From Deltaproteobacteria bacterium (GTDB taxonomy: Bacteria > Desulfobacterota > GWC2-55-46): DNA of 64,000 bases. The stretch lies in assembly GCA_016182655.1 (NCBI GenBank), contig JACPGB010000024.1, forward strand, positions 30,549 to 94,548. Direction: 5' to 3'. The notes beneath the pieces were generated by a model. That model saw nothing but the letters and a program-made list of their open reading frames with translations. It was not told the DNA's origin and ran no database searches. Every line of letters starts with the position of its first letter. Positions within the stretch are counted from its first letter, which is position 1. Shown piece after piece: positions 19,596 through 29,271 of this stretch. A program made the translations under genes and the position numbers.

Positions 19596-20399
19596 CTAAA
19601 AACTATGACTGCTCTTCATGAGCATCGACACGCCAAGATACGTAAAGATCACCACGAAAAACCCTATTACCGTCGCGACCGACAACCCCTTGCCCCTCCA
19701 CTCCTTGAGGTAATACGCGTGCATCGCCCCGGCGTAGTAGACCCAGACGATGAACGACCAGATTATCTTCGGCTCCCACATCCAGTAGGTCCCCCAGGCA
19801 AGATAACCCCAGACGGCCCCTGAGAACATCGAGGCCGAAAAGAAGAAGAACCCCCAGAGCACGGACCTCCCGGCGATGTCCTGATATTTAAGAAGTTCGC
19901 CGTTCTCATTTCCGCGAAGGCTTGTTATGAGGTAGAGGACCGCGCCCGAGAAGGCGAGCGTAAAGAGGGCGTAGGCCGCGAAGGACGCCGTCACGTGTAT
20001 CTCGAACCAGCGGGTATCCAGTATCAGCGTCAACGGCCCACCCGGCTTTTCGTTCACGAGCGCGAAGACGATGGCGAGGACGGCTATGGGGACGGTTATG
20101 AGCTCGGTCGTCCTCTCCTTGTACCTGTACGCGACGATGAGGCTCGTAACGACCGTCGTCCACGAGAAGAAGACGAGCGTTTCGTACATCGAGGCCATTG
20201 GCGCGTGTCCGGTCGAATAGATGCGCTCGATGAGCGCAAACGAGTGGACAACGAGGCCTATTGTAAGGAGTAGGCGCGAGATTTTTTCGAGATTGGACTT
20301 TCCGGAGAGGTTATATATTGCGGCTGTTATGAACGACAGCACATAAACTGCGATAGACGCGAACAGAAACGGCTTCAACGGATTACCTACCCCTCTCAT
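19596..20399 (-). CDS. ccsA: Cytochrome c assembly protein CcsA/ResC-type (heme handling, WWD domain)
   Basis: Eight TM segments and a W-rich motif WGYLAWGTYWMWEPKIIWSFIVW. Confidence 0.75.
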   Translation of the reverse strand: MRGVGNPLKPFLFASIAVYVLSFITAAIYNLSGKSNLEKISRLLLTIGLVVHSFALIERIYSTGHAPMASMYETLVFFSWTTVVTSLIVAYRYKERTTELITVPIAVLAIVFALVNEKPGGPLTLILDTRWFEIHVTASFAAYALFTLAFSGAVLYLITSLRGNENGELLKYQDIAGRSVLWGFFFFSASMFSGAVWGYLAWGTYWMWEPKIIWSFIVWVYYAGAMHAYYLKEWRGKGLSVATVIGFFVVIFTYLGVSMLMKSSHSF

Positions 20400-21033
20400 C
20401 GGACCAGATGTATTTGTGGAGCTGTAGCTGAAGCCTCGCTTTGAGCCCGTCCTTCAATATCCATTCGGCGAGAAGGCCCGGGTCGAGGTCTGGCTTTATC
20501 GGCGCGAAGAGGACCTTCCCTGTCCTGTCCTCTATGTATTCATCGAGAAACTTTTTAGCGCACTCGTAGTCGTCCCTGTTGCCGACCACGAACTTGATCT
20601 CGTCCTCGGGTGTGATGAGGCTCAAGTTCTCCATCAGGAACGAGCCAGCGTGGCCGCTCGACGGGCACTTGAAATCGATTATCTTTACGGCCCTTTTATC
20701 GAGCCCGGAGAGCGCAACCGACCCGTTCGTCTCGATAAGCACGGTATTTCCGGCGTCAAGGAGCCTTCTGGCAAGCTCCTTAGTCTCTTCCTGGATGAGC
20801 GGCTCGCCGCCCGTTATCTCGATGAGCCCGCTCCTGTACAACCCGGCCTCCCTCTTGACCTCGTCGAGTATCCCGTCAATGGATATCTCGCGCGCGCCCT
20901 CGGCGGACCTCGCGTATTGCGTATCGCACCATGTGCAAGAGAGGTTGCACCCGGCGAGCCTTACGAATACGCACGGGAGTCCGGCGTAGGTGGATTCGCC
21001 CTGTATGGAGAGGAATATCTCGCTTACAAGCAT
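20383..21033 (-). CDS. queE: 7-carboxy-7-deazaguanine synthase QueE (radical SAM)
   Basis: LAGCNLSCTWCDT radical-SAM cysteine motif, and N-terminal IFLSIQGEST. Confidence 0.85.
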   Translation of the reverse strand: MLVSEIFLSIQGESTYAGLPCVFVRLAGCNLSCTWCDTQYARSAEGAREISIDGILDEVKREAGLYRSGLIEITGGEPLIQEETKELARRLLDAGNTVLIETNGSVALSGLDKRAVKIIDFKCPSSGHAGSFLMENLSLITPEDEIKFVVGNRDDYECAKKFLDEYIEDRTGKVLFAPIKPDLDPGLLAEWILKDGLKARLQLQLHKYIWSDERGR

Positions 21034-23489
21034 TACTGCTCCTTCTTCTTCTCCTCTTGCTTCGCCTTTGCCTCGGCTTCAGTCTTTTTCTTTTCAGGCC
21101 CCTTGCCGAATGCCTTGAGGGACTGCGCAAGCGAAAGGAGTCTCTTTTCCACGAGATAATTGACAGTCCCATCGGGGTACTTGCCGTCTGCGTCCTTATC
21201 GCCGATGGGTGTCGCGGACAATATCTCGAAGCCCTCGTCGACCGTCTCTATCGGGTATACGGCGAACCTCCCGGCCTCCACCGCCTCTACGACCTCGCTC
21301 TTCAACATCAGGTTCCGCACATTCCTTTTGGGTATTATGACGCCCTGTTTGCCCGTCAACCCCTTTGCCTTGCAGACCTCGAAGAACCCCTCTATCTTCT
21401 CGTTCACCCCGCCTATGGGCTGGACCTCGCCCCTCTGGTTCATCGAGCCGGTGACCGCGATTGCCTGGTCTATCGGCAGGCCGGAGAGGCTCGAAAGAAG
21501 CGCGTATGTCTCGGAGCAGGTCGCGCTGTCGCCCTCTATCTCCTCGTACAACTGCTCGAAAGTGATGGACGCCGAAAGGGTCAAGGGGAAGGTCTGCGCG
21601 TAGCGCTCGCCCAGAAAGCTCGTGAGTATCATGAGCGCCTTGTTGTGTATCCTGCCGCTCATCTTTACTTCGCGCTCTATGTTAACAACGCCCGAGTCCC
21701 CCATGAAGGTACGGGCCGTTATCCTCGAGGGCTTGCCGAAGGCGTAGTCGCCGGGGTCGAGGACGGCTATGCCGTTCACCTGGCCGACGACGGAGCCGTC
21801 GGTAGCGACCATTATCGTGTCCTGCGTGATATAGTCCCTTATCTTCTCCTCGATCTTCGAGTTCCTGTAGACGCGCTCCTTTATGGCTTTTTCCACGTGC
21901 AGGGCGTTGACCGATGCCGCCCCCTCTGACTTCGCCCAGTACCCCGCCTCGACTACCATGGACTTTATATCGTTGAACCTCGCCGAGAGCTTGTCCTTGT
22001 CGCCCGCGAGCCTGCAGCCGAACTCGACGACCCTCGCCACGGCCCCGCGCTCGAACGGGGCGACCCCGTCCTCCTTACAGCGTGTGGCCACGAAGTGCGC
22101 GTACTTTAAAATATTATCGTTCGTCTTCGGGAGCACATTGTCGAAGTCGGCCTTCACCTTGAAAAGCTTCCTGTACTCGTTGTCCATGTTGTAGAGGATG
22201 TAGTATATGAACGGGTCGCCGACGACGACGAGCTTGATGTTTACCGGTATCGGCTCGGGCTTCAATGTGGTGGACGATACCTGCCTGTACTGCTCCCACA
22301 CGTCCTCTATCCGCGCCTCCCTGTTCTTTATCATCCTTTTCAGGGAGTCGTAGACGAAGATGTTTTTCAGGATGTCGAGGGCGTTGACTATCAGGTACCC
22401 TCCGTTGGCCCTGTGCACGGAGCCCGCCTTTATCATGGTGAAGTCGGTCGTCGCCGCGCCGAACTGGACGCGGTACTCGACCCTGCCGAAGAGGTTATAG
22501 TACGTCGGGTTCGTCTCGCAGACGACGGGCGCGCCCTCGGCGTCCTTGTTGTTCACGATAAGGTTCACCTTGAACCTGTCGGAGGTCGGCTCGGCCCTCT
22601 GGATCTTGAGCCCTCCGAGGGCGAGCGGGACCTCCTCCTTGGGCCTGAAGTCGTCGACGTTCTGGAGTATGTTCTCCTTTACCTGGTAGAGGAACTCGAC
22701 GACCTTATTGAACTCCTTGAACTTGTCCAGCAGATCGTTTATGTGGGGGTTTACGACGTATTGGACGACCTCGCGGTCGAGGGCGGTTATCCTGTCCTTC
22801 GTCTCCTTCTCGATGTTGCGGGCCTCGCGGATGGCATCCGACAATTTGTCCTGGAGGACATTCAGGTCTTTTTCTATATCGGCCTTTTTGTCTGAAGGTA
22901 GCGCGTCGAACTCGTCCTGGCTCAAGGCCTTGCCGTTCTTCGCGGGCACGACCGAGAGGCCGCTTACGGATTTCTTGAGGATGAAGCCCTTCTCTATCGC
23001 CCTCTGTTCGAGCCTGAAGAATATCGCGCGCGTCCTCTCCTGCTGGCCTTCGATTATCTCGTCCCTGTGCTTCTCGTAGTCCTTGGACTCGAAGACCTTG
23101 GGTATGTCGCGCCGGAGAGCCTCGACGAGCTCGTCCATGTCGGTTGAGAGCTCCGAGCCCCTGCCCGGCGGGAGTGAGAGCGCCTTTGGAGAATCCGGCT
23201 CCGAGAAGTTGAATACATAGCAGTAGTCGTCAGGCACCGGCTCGGCCTTGGCCTTCTTCTCGACGAGCTCCTTTACGGTCGTGTTCTTCCCCGTGCCGGA
23301 CTCGCCGAGGACGAATATGTTGTAGTTGTGATTTACGACCCCGAGCCCGAACTCCAGGGATTTAAGCGCCCTCTCCTGTCCGATCATCTCCTTGAGCGAA
23401 GGGAGCTCGTCGGTAGTGGCGAAGGAAAAGACCCCGTCATCGCACTTCCAGCTGAGATCGGACGGCGGCAAAGGACTCACTCTCGGCAT
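21033..23489 (-). CDS. Lon-like ATP-dependent protease (AAA+ domain plus S16 protease domain), poly-Lys C-terminal tail
   Basis: Walker A GESGTGKNT and a C-terminal S16 Lon domain (AVTGSMNQRGEVQPIGGVNEKIEGF...KQGVIIPKRN) with Ser and Lys catalytic residues. Confidence 0.8.
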   Translation of the reverse strand: MPRVSPLPPSDLSWKCDDGVFSFATTDELPSLKEMIGQERALKSLEFGLGVVNHNYNIFVLGESGTGKNTTVKELVEKKAKAEPVPDDYCYVFNFSEPDSPKALSLPPGRGSELSTDMDELVEALRRDIPKVFESKDYEKHRDEIIEGQQERTRAIFFRLEQRAIEKGFILKKSVSGLSVVPAKNGKALSQDEFDALPSDKKADIEKDLNVLQDKLSDAIREARNIEKETKDRITALDREVVQYVVNPHINDLLDKFKEFNKVVEFLYQVKENILQNVDDFRPKEEVPLALGGLKIQRAEPTSDRFKVNLIVNNKDAEGAPVVCETNPTYYNLFGRVEYRVQFGAATTDFTMIKAGSVHRANGGYLIVNALDILKNIFVYDSLKRMIKNREARIEDVWEQYRQVSSTTLKPEPIPVNIKLVVVGDPFIYYILYNMDNEYRKLFKVKADFDNVLPKTNDNILKYAHFVATRCKEDGVAPFERGAVARVVEFGCRLAGDKDKLSARFNDIKSMVVEAGYWAKSEGAASVNALHVEKAIKERVYRNSKIEEKIRDYITQDTIMVATDGSVVGQVNGIAVLDPGDYAFGKPSRITARTFMGDSGVVNIEREVKMSGRIHNKALMILTSFLGERYAQTFPLTLSASITFEQLYEEIEGDSATCSETYALLSSLSGLPIDQAIAVTGSMNQRGEVQPIGGVNEKIEGFFEVCKAKGLTGKQGVIIPKRNVRNLMLKSEVVEAVEAGRFAVYPIETVDEGFEILSATPIGDKDADGKYPDGTVNYLVEKRLLSLAQSLKAFGKGPEKKKTEAEAKAKQEEKKKEQ

Positions 23490-23580
23490 ATTACCCCCTG
23501 GACAGGAATTTGGCGGAAAAGGCCTTCTGACCCGTTATTCCATTATACACGATACCCGGCCTTTGTGTCCGGGCCGTTAC

Positions 23581-24546
23581 TCAGTGGAGGTGGTCCCGGT
23601 GGTTGTGGCCCCGCTCCTTGTGCGCGATCTTGCCGAAGATGTCGTTGTTGTCGCACCCGGAGCACTCGGCCTGGAGGGTAGTATAGAAAATATGGTGGGA
23701 CTCGGCAAGCCTTTCGTTGACCTCGTTGAATATCTCGCCCATCCGCCACCTCTCGGTAGGCACGATGTCGAGGTGGGCGCTCAAAGCGTAGACATTGTGG
23801 CATATCGACCAGATGTGGAGGTTGTGGACGCTCGAGATGCCCTTCGAGGACTTTATGTCCTCCACGACCCTGTTGAGATCAATGTCCTTGGGCACGCCTT
23901 CGAGCAAGATGTGGGAGGAGTCCTTCATTATCTGGTACGCGCCCGAGATGATGATGAGGCCTATGACGACGCTTATCAACGGGTCTGCCATGAACCATCC
24001 GGTGTAATGGATGATGACCGCGCCTATGATGACGCCGACAGAGGCCGCGGCGTCGCCGACGACATGCATGAACGCGCTCTTGATGTTCATGTCGCTTGCG
24101 GCGTAGTGCTTGAGCCAGAGGGCGACCAGGAGGTTCACGACAAGGCCGATTACCGCGACTATCACCATCCCGGTGCTCTCTACCGGCGAGGGCGTTAGGA
24201 GCCTTTTATATGCCTCGTAGAATATGAAGATTGTGAGGACGAAGAGGACGGAACTGTTTATGAACGAGACGAATACCTCGACCCTGTGGAGGCCGTAGGT
24301 CCTTTTTTCGGTGGGCGGCATCTCGGAGATGTATATGGCGAACCAGCTTAAGGAGAGCGCGAAGACATCCATGAAGACATGGGCCGCGTCCGACATGAGC
24401 GCAAGGCTGTTCGTAAGATAGCCGCCGACGAGCTCGGCTATGAATATGATGCCTGTGAGCGCGACAGAGAGCTTGAGCCTCGCCTTCAGGGCCCGGTCTA
24501 TGTCATGATGCTCGTGGGGACGGTGGTCTTCGTGCCTACTTTCCAT
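23581..24546 (-). CDS. Cation diffusion facilitator family metal exporter (CzcD/ZitB-like)
   Basis: Six TM segments, His-rich N- and C-termini, and a conserved HVxxD motif on a TM segment. Confidence 0.85.
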   Translation of the reverse strand: MESRHEDHRPHEHHDIDRALKARLKLSVALTGIIFIAELVGGYLTNSLALMSDAAHVFMDVFALSLSWFAIYISEMPPTEKRTYGLHRVEVFVSFINSSVLFVLTIFIFYEAYKRLLTPSPVESTGMVIVAVIGLVVNLLVALWLKHYAASDMNIKSAFMHVVGDAAASVGVIIGAVIIHYTGWFMADPLISVVIGLIIISGAYQIMKDSSHILLEGVPKDIDLNRVVEDIKSSKGISSVHNLHIWSICHNVYALSAHLDIVPTERWRMGEIFNEVNERLAESHHIFYTTLQAECSGCDNNDIFGKIAHKERGHNHRDHLH

Positions 24547-24560
24547 GCCTATTCCATTAA

Positions 24561-24692
24561 CCTCTAAAAATTAGGAATTTTTTCTGAGGTCAAGGAAGGG
24601 CGGAAATAAAAAGCGGAGCATATATGTGTTATATGTGAGCATTTTTATTTCCGGCCTGACGCAGAGATCAGGAAAAATAACAATTTTTAGAG
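24561..24692. repeat. MITE-like element, family 1, copy 2 (inverted orientation)
   Basis: Reverse complement of the 2364-2497 copy; lies between the CDF gene and modC. Confidence 0.85.
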
Positions 24693-24706
24693 TGCAACCT
24701 TCTGAT

Positions 24707-25801
24707 TTATCTATTGATTACCCAAATATTCTCTCTCTTTAATGATACCCTTATAACCCTCCCTATGGCAAGCGATAACTTCCTTACTACGAAGTTCGGG
24801 AGCTCCACCTTAAGGAGCGTGTCACCGCTTCCGACCTTCAAAAATAGCGACTGCGTCGAGCCCTTGCCTGTCGCCGAGATTATCTCGCCCTCGATGATAT
24901 TGTCCTGGACCCTGCTGTCAAGGACCTTGTCCGGCCTTATGACGAGTATCTCCTCGGGCCTTATGCAGAAGGATACCTCGGCCCCTATGTGAAGCCCGCT
25001 CCCCTCAGGCACGAAGGCCTTTATGACCCCCAGGTCCGCATTTGTGATGACGACCTGCCCGTCCCCGAGTCCGGCGACGGTACCGGTGAATATGTTCCTC
25101 GTCCCGATGAACCGCGCCACATCCCTTGTCGCCGGCCTGTAGAATACGTCCTCGCGGAGGCCCGCCTGCTCTATACGCCCGTTATTGACGACCGCGATGC
25201 GCCTGCCGAGCATGAACGCCTCCTCGAGGTCGTGCGTGACGAGTATGGTGGTTATTGGATATGCGTCGTGTATGCGGAGGAGGTCTGCCCTGAGCTTTTC
25301 CCTCACCTGATAGTCGAGCGCCGAGAAGGGCTCATCGAGCAGGAGCACCCTCGGCTCGGAGGCGAGCGTGCGGGCAAGGGCGCACCTCTGCTTCTGGCCG
25401 CCTGACAATTCGCGCGGGTATCTCGATTCGAGCCCCGTCAGGCGCGTGAGCGCAATGAGCTCCCTTACCTTTGCGTCCCTTCCGCCCTGTTTCGCGTTAA
25501 CGCCGTAGGCGATGTTCTCAAAGACAGTCATGTGCGGGAAAAGGGCGTAGTCCTGGAAGAGGTAGCCTATCTTTCTATCCCGTATAGGCGTCTCTATGCC
25601 GGAGGCGGAGTCGAAGACCTTTTCAGACCCTATCGTCACGCTCCCCTCGTCAGGCCGGACGATACCGGATATCATTTTTAATATGAGAGTCTTGCCCGCG
25701 CCCGAGGGGCCGAAGAGGACGAGGAGGTCTTCGTTTAACGAGAGAGAGACGTCTATCCGGAACTCCCCGTAGGACTTTTTTATATTGAACGCGAGGTCCA
25801 T
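24707..25801 (-). CDS. modC: Molybdate ABC transporter ATP-binding protein with C-terminal TOBE/MOP domain
   Basis: Walker A GPSGAGKT, LSGGQKQR signature and a C-terminal MOP-like domain. Sits beside modB and modA. Confidence 0.85.
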   Translation of the reverse strand: MDLAFNIKKSYGEFRIDVSLSLNEDLLVLFGPSGAGKTLILKMISGIVRPDEGSVTIGSEKVFDSASGIETPIRDRKIGYLFQDYALFPHMTVFENIAYGVNAKQGGRDAKVRELIALTRLTGLESRYPRELSGGQKQRCALARTLASEPRVLLLDEPFSALDYQVREKLRADLLRIHDAYPITTILVTHDLEEAFMLGRRIAVVNNGRIEQAGLREDVFYRPATRDVARFIGTRNIFTGTVAGLGDGQVVITNADLGVIKAFVPEGSGLHIGAEVSFCIRPEEILVIRPDKVLDSRVQDNIIEGEIISATGKGSTQSLFLKVGSGDTLLKVELPNFVVRKLSLAIGRVIRVSLKRENIWVINR

Positions 25802-25802
25802 C

Positions 25803-26459
25803 TCAGAACCTTCCCTTCGTGAACCTTCCGGCGATATAGAGGACGATAAATGAAAAGAGCGTTATGACGCCGACGAGTATGTTCGCCGAGTGCGCGTCTC
25901 CTGCCTGCACGGCGTCATAAATGGCGATAGGCAAGGTCTGCGTGAGGCCCGGGATGTTACCGGCGACCATTAGGGTCGCCCCGAACTCTCCGGTAGCTCG
26001 CGCGAAGGCCATGACAGCCCCGGCCGCTATACCCCTCCACGCGAGCGGGAGCGTTATATCCTTTATGACCTGCAGCTCGGTCTTGCCGAGGAGCCGCGCC
26101 GCGTCCTCAAGCTCGGACCCTACGCCTTCGAGCGCGGCGCGCGCGGGCTTCACAAATAGCGGAAGCGACGAGATGAACGAGGCTATGACAGCCCCCTTCC
26201 ATGTAAAGACTATCTGTAGCCCGAAGGCGTCTTCGAGGAACCTCCCTAAAAAGCTCGACCTCCCGAATGCCCCCAAAAGGTAATAGCCGAGCACCGTCGG
26301 AGGTATGACGAGCGGCTGCATGATGACTATGTCGAGGACCGCCTTTCCGAAAAACTCCCTTTTGGCCATGACCCAGGCGATAACGAGCCCGAAGGCGACG
26401 GTAAAGACCGTCGCCGCGAAGGAGACCTTGATGGTGAGGTATAGGGGGAAGAGGTCCAT
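25803..26459 (-). CDS. modB: Molybdate ABC transporter permease
   Basis: Five or six TM segments and the ABC-permease EAA-like loop FARATGEFGATLMVAGNIPG. Confidence 0.85.
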   Translation of the reverse strand: MDLFPLYLTIKVSFAATVFTVAFGLVIAWVMAKREFFGKAVLDIVIMQPLVIPPTVLGYYLLGAFGRSSFLGRFLEDAFGLQIVFTWKGAVIASFISSLPLFVKPARAALEGVGSELEDAARLLGKTELQVIKDITLPLAWRGIAAGAVMAFARATGEFGATLMVAGNIPGLTQTLPIAIYDAVQAGDAHSANILVGVITLFSFIVLYIAGRFTKGRF

Positions 26460-26552
26460 TATGTACCACTACCGCCTGGAAGGCGGCAGGTTCAAAGTTT
26501 TTGGTCGGCTGAAGGCCCGACCGAGAGTCTAATCATTCAATCGAGGCTCATT

Positions 26553-26640
26553 GACCCCTCACCCTACCCTCTCCCACAGGGGGAGAGGGAACTACTATAA
26601 ATATCCCCTCCCTTGATGGGAGGGGAGAAAGGGGAGGGTG
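26553..26640. repeat. GC-rich hairpin repeat, family 3, copy A (CCCCTCCC-TTGATG-GGAGGGG plus GGGGAGGGTGA)
   Basis: Related copies at 37903-38060, 54353-54391 and 61220-61392. Confidence 0.75.
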
Positions 26641-26716
26641 ATGCCTTTTAATCACTCAACACGCACTGGAAGTTTTCGCCTGAAAGGCGAGGGATTTTAT
26701 ACCCCATTGTGAGACA

Positions 26717-27460
26717 TTAAGGCAGCGCGAAGCCGTATTTTTTAAGCAGTGCGGAACCCTTCGAGCCCCTCAAGTACGCGATGAACTTCAAAGCCTCTTC
26801 CTTGTTGGGCGACGCGCTCACTATGCCGAGCGCCTGGCTTATGGGCTTGTGGAGGGCTTCGTCTATAGGCTCGAACCTGATGCCCGGCGTACCTGCTATC
26901 GACAAGGCGATCATACCCGCGTCCGCGTTCCCGGACTCCACGAACTGCAACGCCTGCCTGATGTTCTCGCCGAATACGAGCTTCGGTTTCACCGCCTCCC
27001 ATATCCCGGCGGACCTGAGGGCCTCCTCGGCGGCCCTGCCGTAAGGCGCATGCGCGGGGTTGGCGATGGCTATCTTTTTGATCCCCGGCCCGGCGAGGTC
27101 CTCGATGGAAGGGACCTTCGCGCCGTCCTTCACGGCCACGACGATACGCCCCCTTGCGTAGACCTCTATGGAGTCCTTGTCCACGCTCTCGATGTCCCTG
27201 AGCTTCTCCATGTACCTTGAATCCGCGGCAAGGAATATATCGAAAGGCGCGCCCTCGGCTATCTGCCGGGCAAGGAGGCCCGTTGAGCCGAACGAGATGA
27301 CGGGCTTTACTCCAGTCTCCTTCTCGTACCCAACGGCTATCTCCTTTAGCGCGTAGGAGAGGTCAGAGGCCGCGGCAATGGAAACCGCGCCCCCCTTGCC
27401 GAAGGCGTCGGCCGGTACGAAAAACAGGAGGAGCGCAATCAAAGAAATCAGAATACGCAT
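26717..27460 (-). CDS. modA: Molybdate ABC transporter periplasmic binding protein
   Basis: Signal peptide MRILISLIALLLFFVPADAFG followed by a ModA fold (SFGSTG, AADSRYM). The ORF track's longer ORF (to 27580) runs through the upstream leader. Confidence 0.85.
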   Translation of the reverse strand: MRILISLIALLLFFVPADAFGKGGAVSIAAASDLSYALKEIAVGYEKETGVKPVISFGSTGLLARQIAEGAPFDIFLAADSRYMEKLRDIESVDKDSIEVYARGRIVVAVKDGAKVPSIEDLAGPGIKKIAIANPAHAPYGRAAEEALRSAGIWEAVKPKLVFGENIRQALQFVESGNADAGMIALSIAGTPGIRFEPIDEALHKPISQALGIVSASPNKEEALKFIAYLRGSKGSALLKKYGFALP

Positions 27461-27477
27461 GCAGGTCCTTTTAAGGC

Positions 27478-27505
27478 AAAAAAAAAGCCAACCTGGAAGG
27501 TTGGC
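27478..27505 (-). terminator. Intrinsic terminator / riboswitch expression platform (GCCAACCTTCCAGGTTGGC plus U9 on the minus strand) just upstream of the modA start
   Basis: Perfect 8-bp stem followed by nine T on the minus strand, ending about 18 nt before the modA ATG. Confidence 0.6.
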
Positions 27506-27632
27506 GACGCAAAGCGACCGCCATCTCCTTTCCAGGCACGGGAGGCGCTGGCCGTTTCCAGCCAGGCCCTGATCGGCCAATACGCCTTAGGTCTTTAAAA
27601 ACCGTTAGGCCTTATCGGCTCGGAGATGTCAG
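27506..27632 (-). promoter_or_regulatory. Candidate molybdenum-cofactor (Moco) riboswitch in the modABC leader
   Basis: The minus-strand leader contains CUCCGAGCC...GCCUCCCGUGCCUGGAAAGGAG, which I recall as conserved blocks of the Moco RNA motif. It is followed by a terminator. Recognition is from memory. Confidence 0.45.
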
Positions 27633-27681
27633 ATGTTATCTTTTTGAAAGGGTACCACGCCTACGGAGCCGAGTCAACCTC

Positions 27682-29058
27682 CTACGACGGTATGCTGAAT
27701 CCGAAGGTGATGCCGCCTTCCGTAGAGGGCTCGACCCAGACGCGTCCGCCGTGGCGCTCGACGAAGCTCTTGACGATGGACAGGCCCAGGCCCGCGCCTC
27801 CGGTCTTGATCCCGTCCTCGGTCTGGTAGAAGGCGTCGAAGATGCGCTCGGCTTCTATTGCCGAGATGCCCTTGCCGTCGTCGGTGACGGTGACCGAGAG
27901 AGTGGCGCCGGTGAAGGCGGTAGAGAGCCTCACTTCGCTCGCCGCGTGCTTGAAGGCGTTTGAAAGGATGTTGTATATGATCCTCTGGAGCTTGTCCTCG
28001 TCGGCCTCGACGACACGCTCGGGCACAGAGTCCTCGCTGTACGGAGAGCCGTTAAGGATAAGCTTTTTCCCCGACGACTGGAACGGCAGGACCGCGTCCT
28101 TAAGCACCTTCGAGAAAGAGACTTTTGCCTTCTTTAGTATCAAAACCCCGCTCTCCGCGCGGGAAAAATCCAGTATGTCGGATGTCATGGACGAGAGCTT
28201 CTGCGCGCCGGAGATGAGCACCTCGAACCGCTTCCTGTGCTTGTCGGTGAGCGCGTCCCCGAGCTGGAGAAGGAGGAGCTCGGACGAGGTCATGATCGAG
28301 GTCAACGGCCCCCGCATGTCGTGGACGATGTGGTCTATGTACATCCTGTTAAGGCGCTCGTGCTCCTTCTGCCTCGTCATGTTGAAAGCTATGCCGAGGA
28401 AGTTCCTTATCTCGCCGGAGTCGTCCTTTATGGCGTTTATCGAGAGGAGCACCGGGACTTCCTTGCCGTCCCTGGTGAGGTTTATTATCTCGCCCCGCCA
28501 AAAGCCCTTCGCCGGGTCGAGTATGTCCTTCCACATCCTCTCGTAGAGCGCCTTGCTTGAGTGTCGGGACTTCAAGAGCCTCGGGTTCTTCCCGAGGACC
28601 TCCTCCCTCGCATATCCGTAGGTGTCGAGGAAGGACTGGTTGACGTCCATGATGTTCCCGGCCTTGTCGGTAACGGCGACCGCGTCGTTGGCGAACCTGA
28701 ATATCCTCTGGAACTCCTCGGAGAGTATGCCCGGGACCTCTGTGGTCTTCGCGGTGCTTACCAATACCAGGAAGGCGTAGAGCGTGTTCACGCGGTCCTT
28801 CAAGGGGTAGACGGAGAGGTACGCGTCGACGGGATCCGCGTCCTTGCGTCTTAAGGAGGCCGTAGCCCCTTTCACGGAGCCGGACGACCTGGCGGCGTCG
28901 ATGAGTTCGGTTATCGCCACTCCGGAGGCGGCGAAGACGGTGAGCGATTTCCCCGAGAGCTCGTCCTCTGAAAAGCCGAGCAACTCTCTCACACCCTCGC
29001 TCGAACGGATAACGATGCCGTCAGGGTTTATGCTTAGATTGCCTTTTTTATCAGTCAT
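27682..29058 (-). CDS. PAS-domain sensor histidine kinase
   Basis: Two PAS-like segments, a HisKA H-box HIVHDMRGPL, and an HATPase_c domain with N, G1 and G2 boxes. Confidence 0.8.
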   Translation of the reverse strand: MTDKKGNLSINPDGIVIRSSEGVRELLGFSEDELSGKSLTVFAASGVAITELIDAARSSGSVKGATASLRRKDADPVDAYLSVYPLKDRVNTLYAFLVLVSTAKTTEVPGILSEEFQRIFRFANDAVAVTDKAGNIMDVNQSFLDTYGYAREEVLGKNPRLLKSRHSSKALYERMWKDILDPAKGFWRGEIINLTRDGKEVPVLLSINAIKDDSGEIRNFLGIAFNMTRQKEHERLNRMYIDHIVHDMRGPLTSIMTSSELLLLQLGDALTDKHRKRFEVLISGAQKLSSMTSDILDFSRAESGVLILKKAKVSFSKVLKDAVLPFQSSGKKLILNGSPYSEDSVPERVVEADEDKLQRIIYNILSNAFKHAASEVRLSTAFTGATLSVTVTDDGKGISAIEAERIFDAFYQTEDGIKTGGAGLGLSIVKSFVERHGGRVWVEPSTEGGITFGFSIPS

Positions 29059-29271
29059 GTCGCAAGGGGCTTACAACAGATATACCCTGAAGACGGTATC
29101 CTCACGAGGTAAGTAGCTCTTTTTTATACTATTTCCAGGCTTTTTTTTCAACAACTTTGATGGGAGGATGCCCGGGGCGATGCGGCCACGCTGTTTTTTT
29201 GCGGTATTAGGCCATGAACAGGATTCACGGTGCAGTTGATTTCATTTACATAAACCGGCAAAAAAACATCC

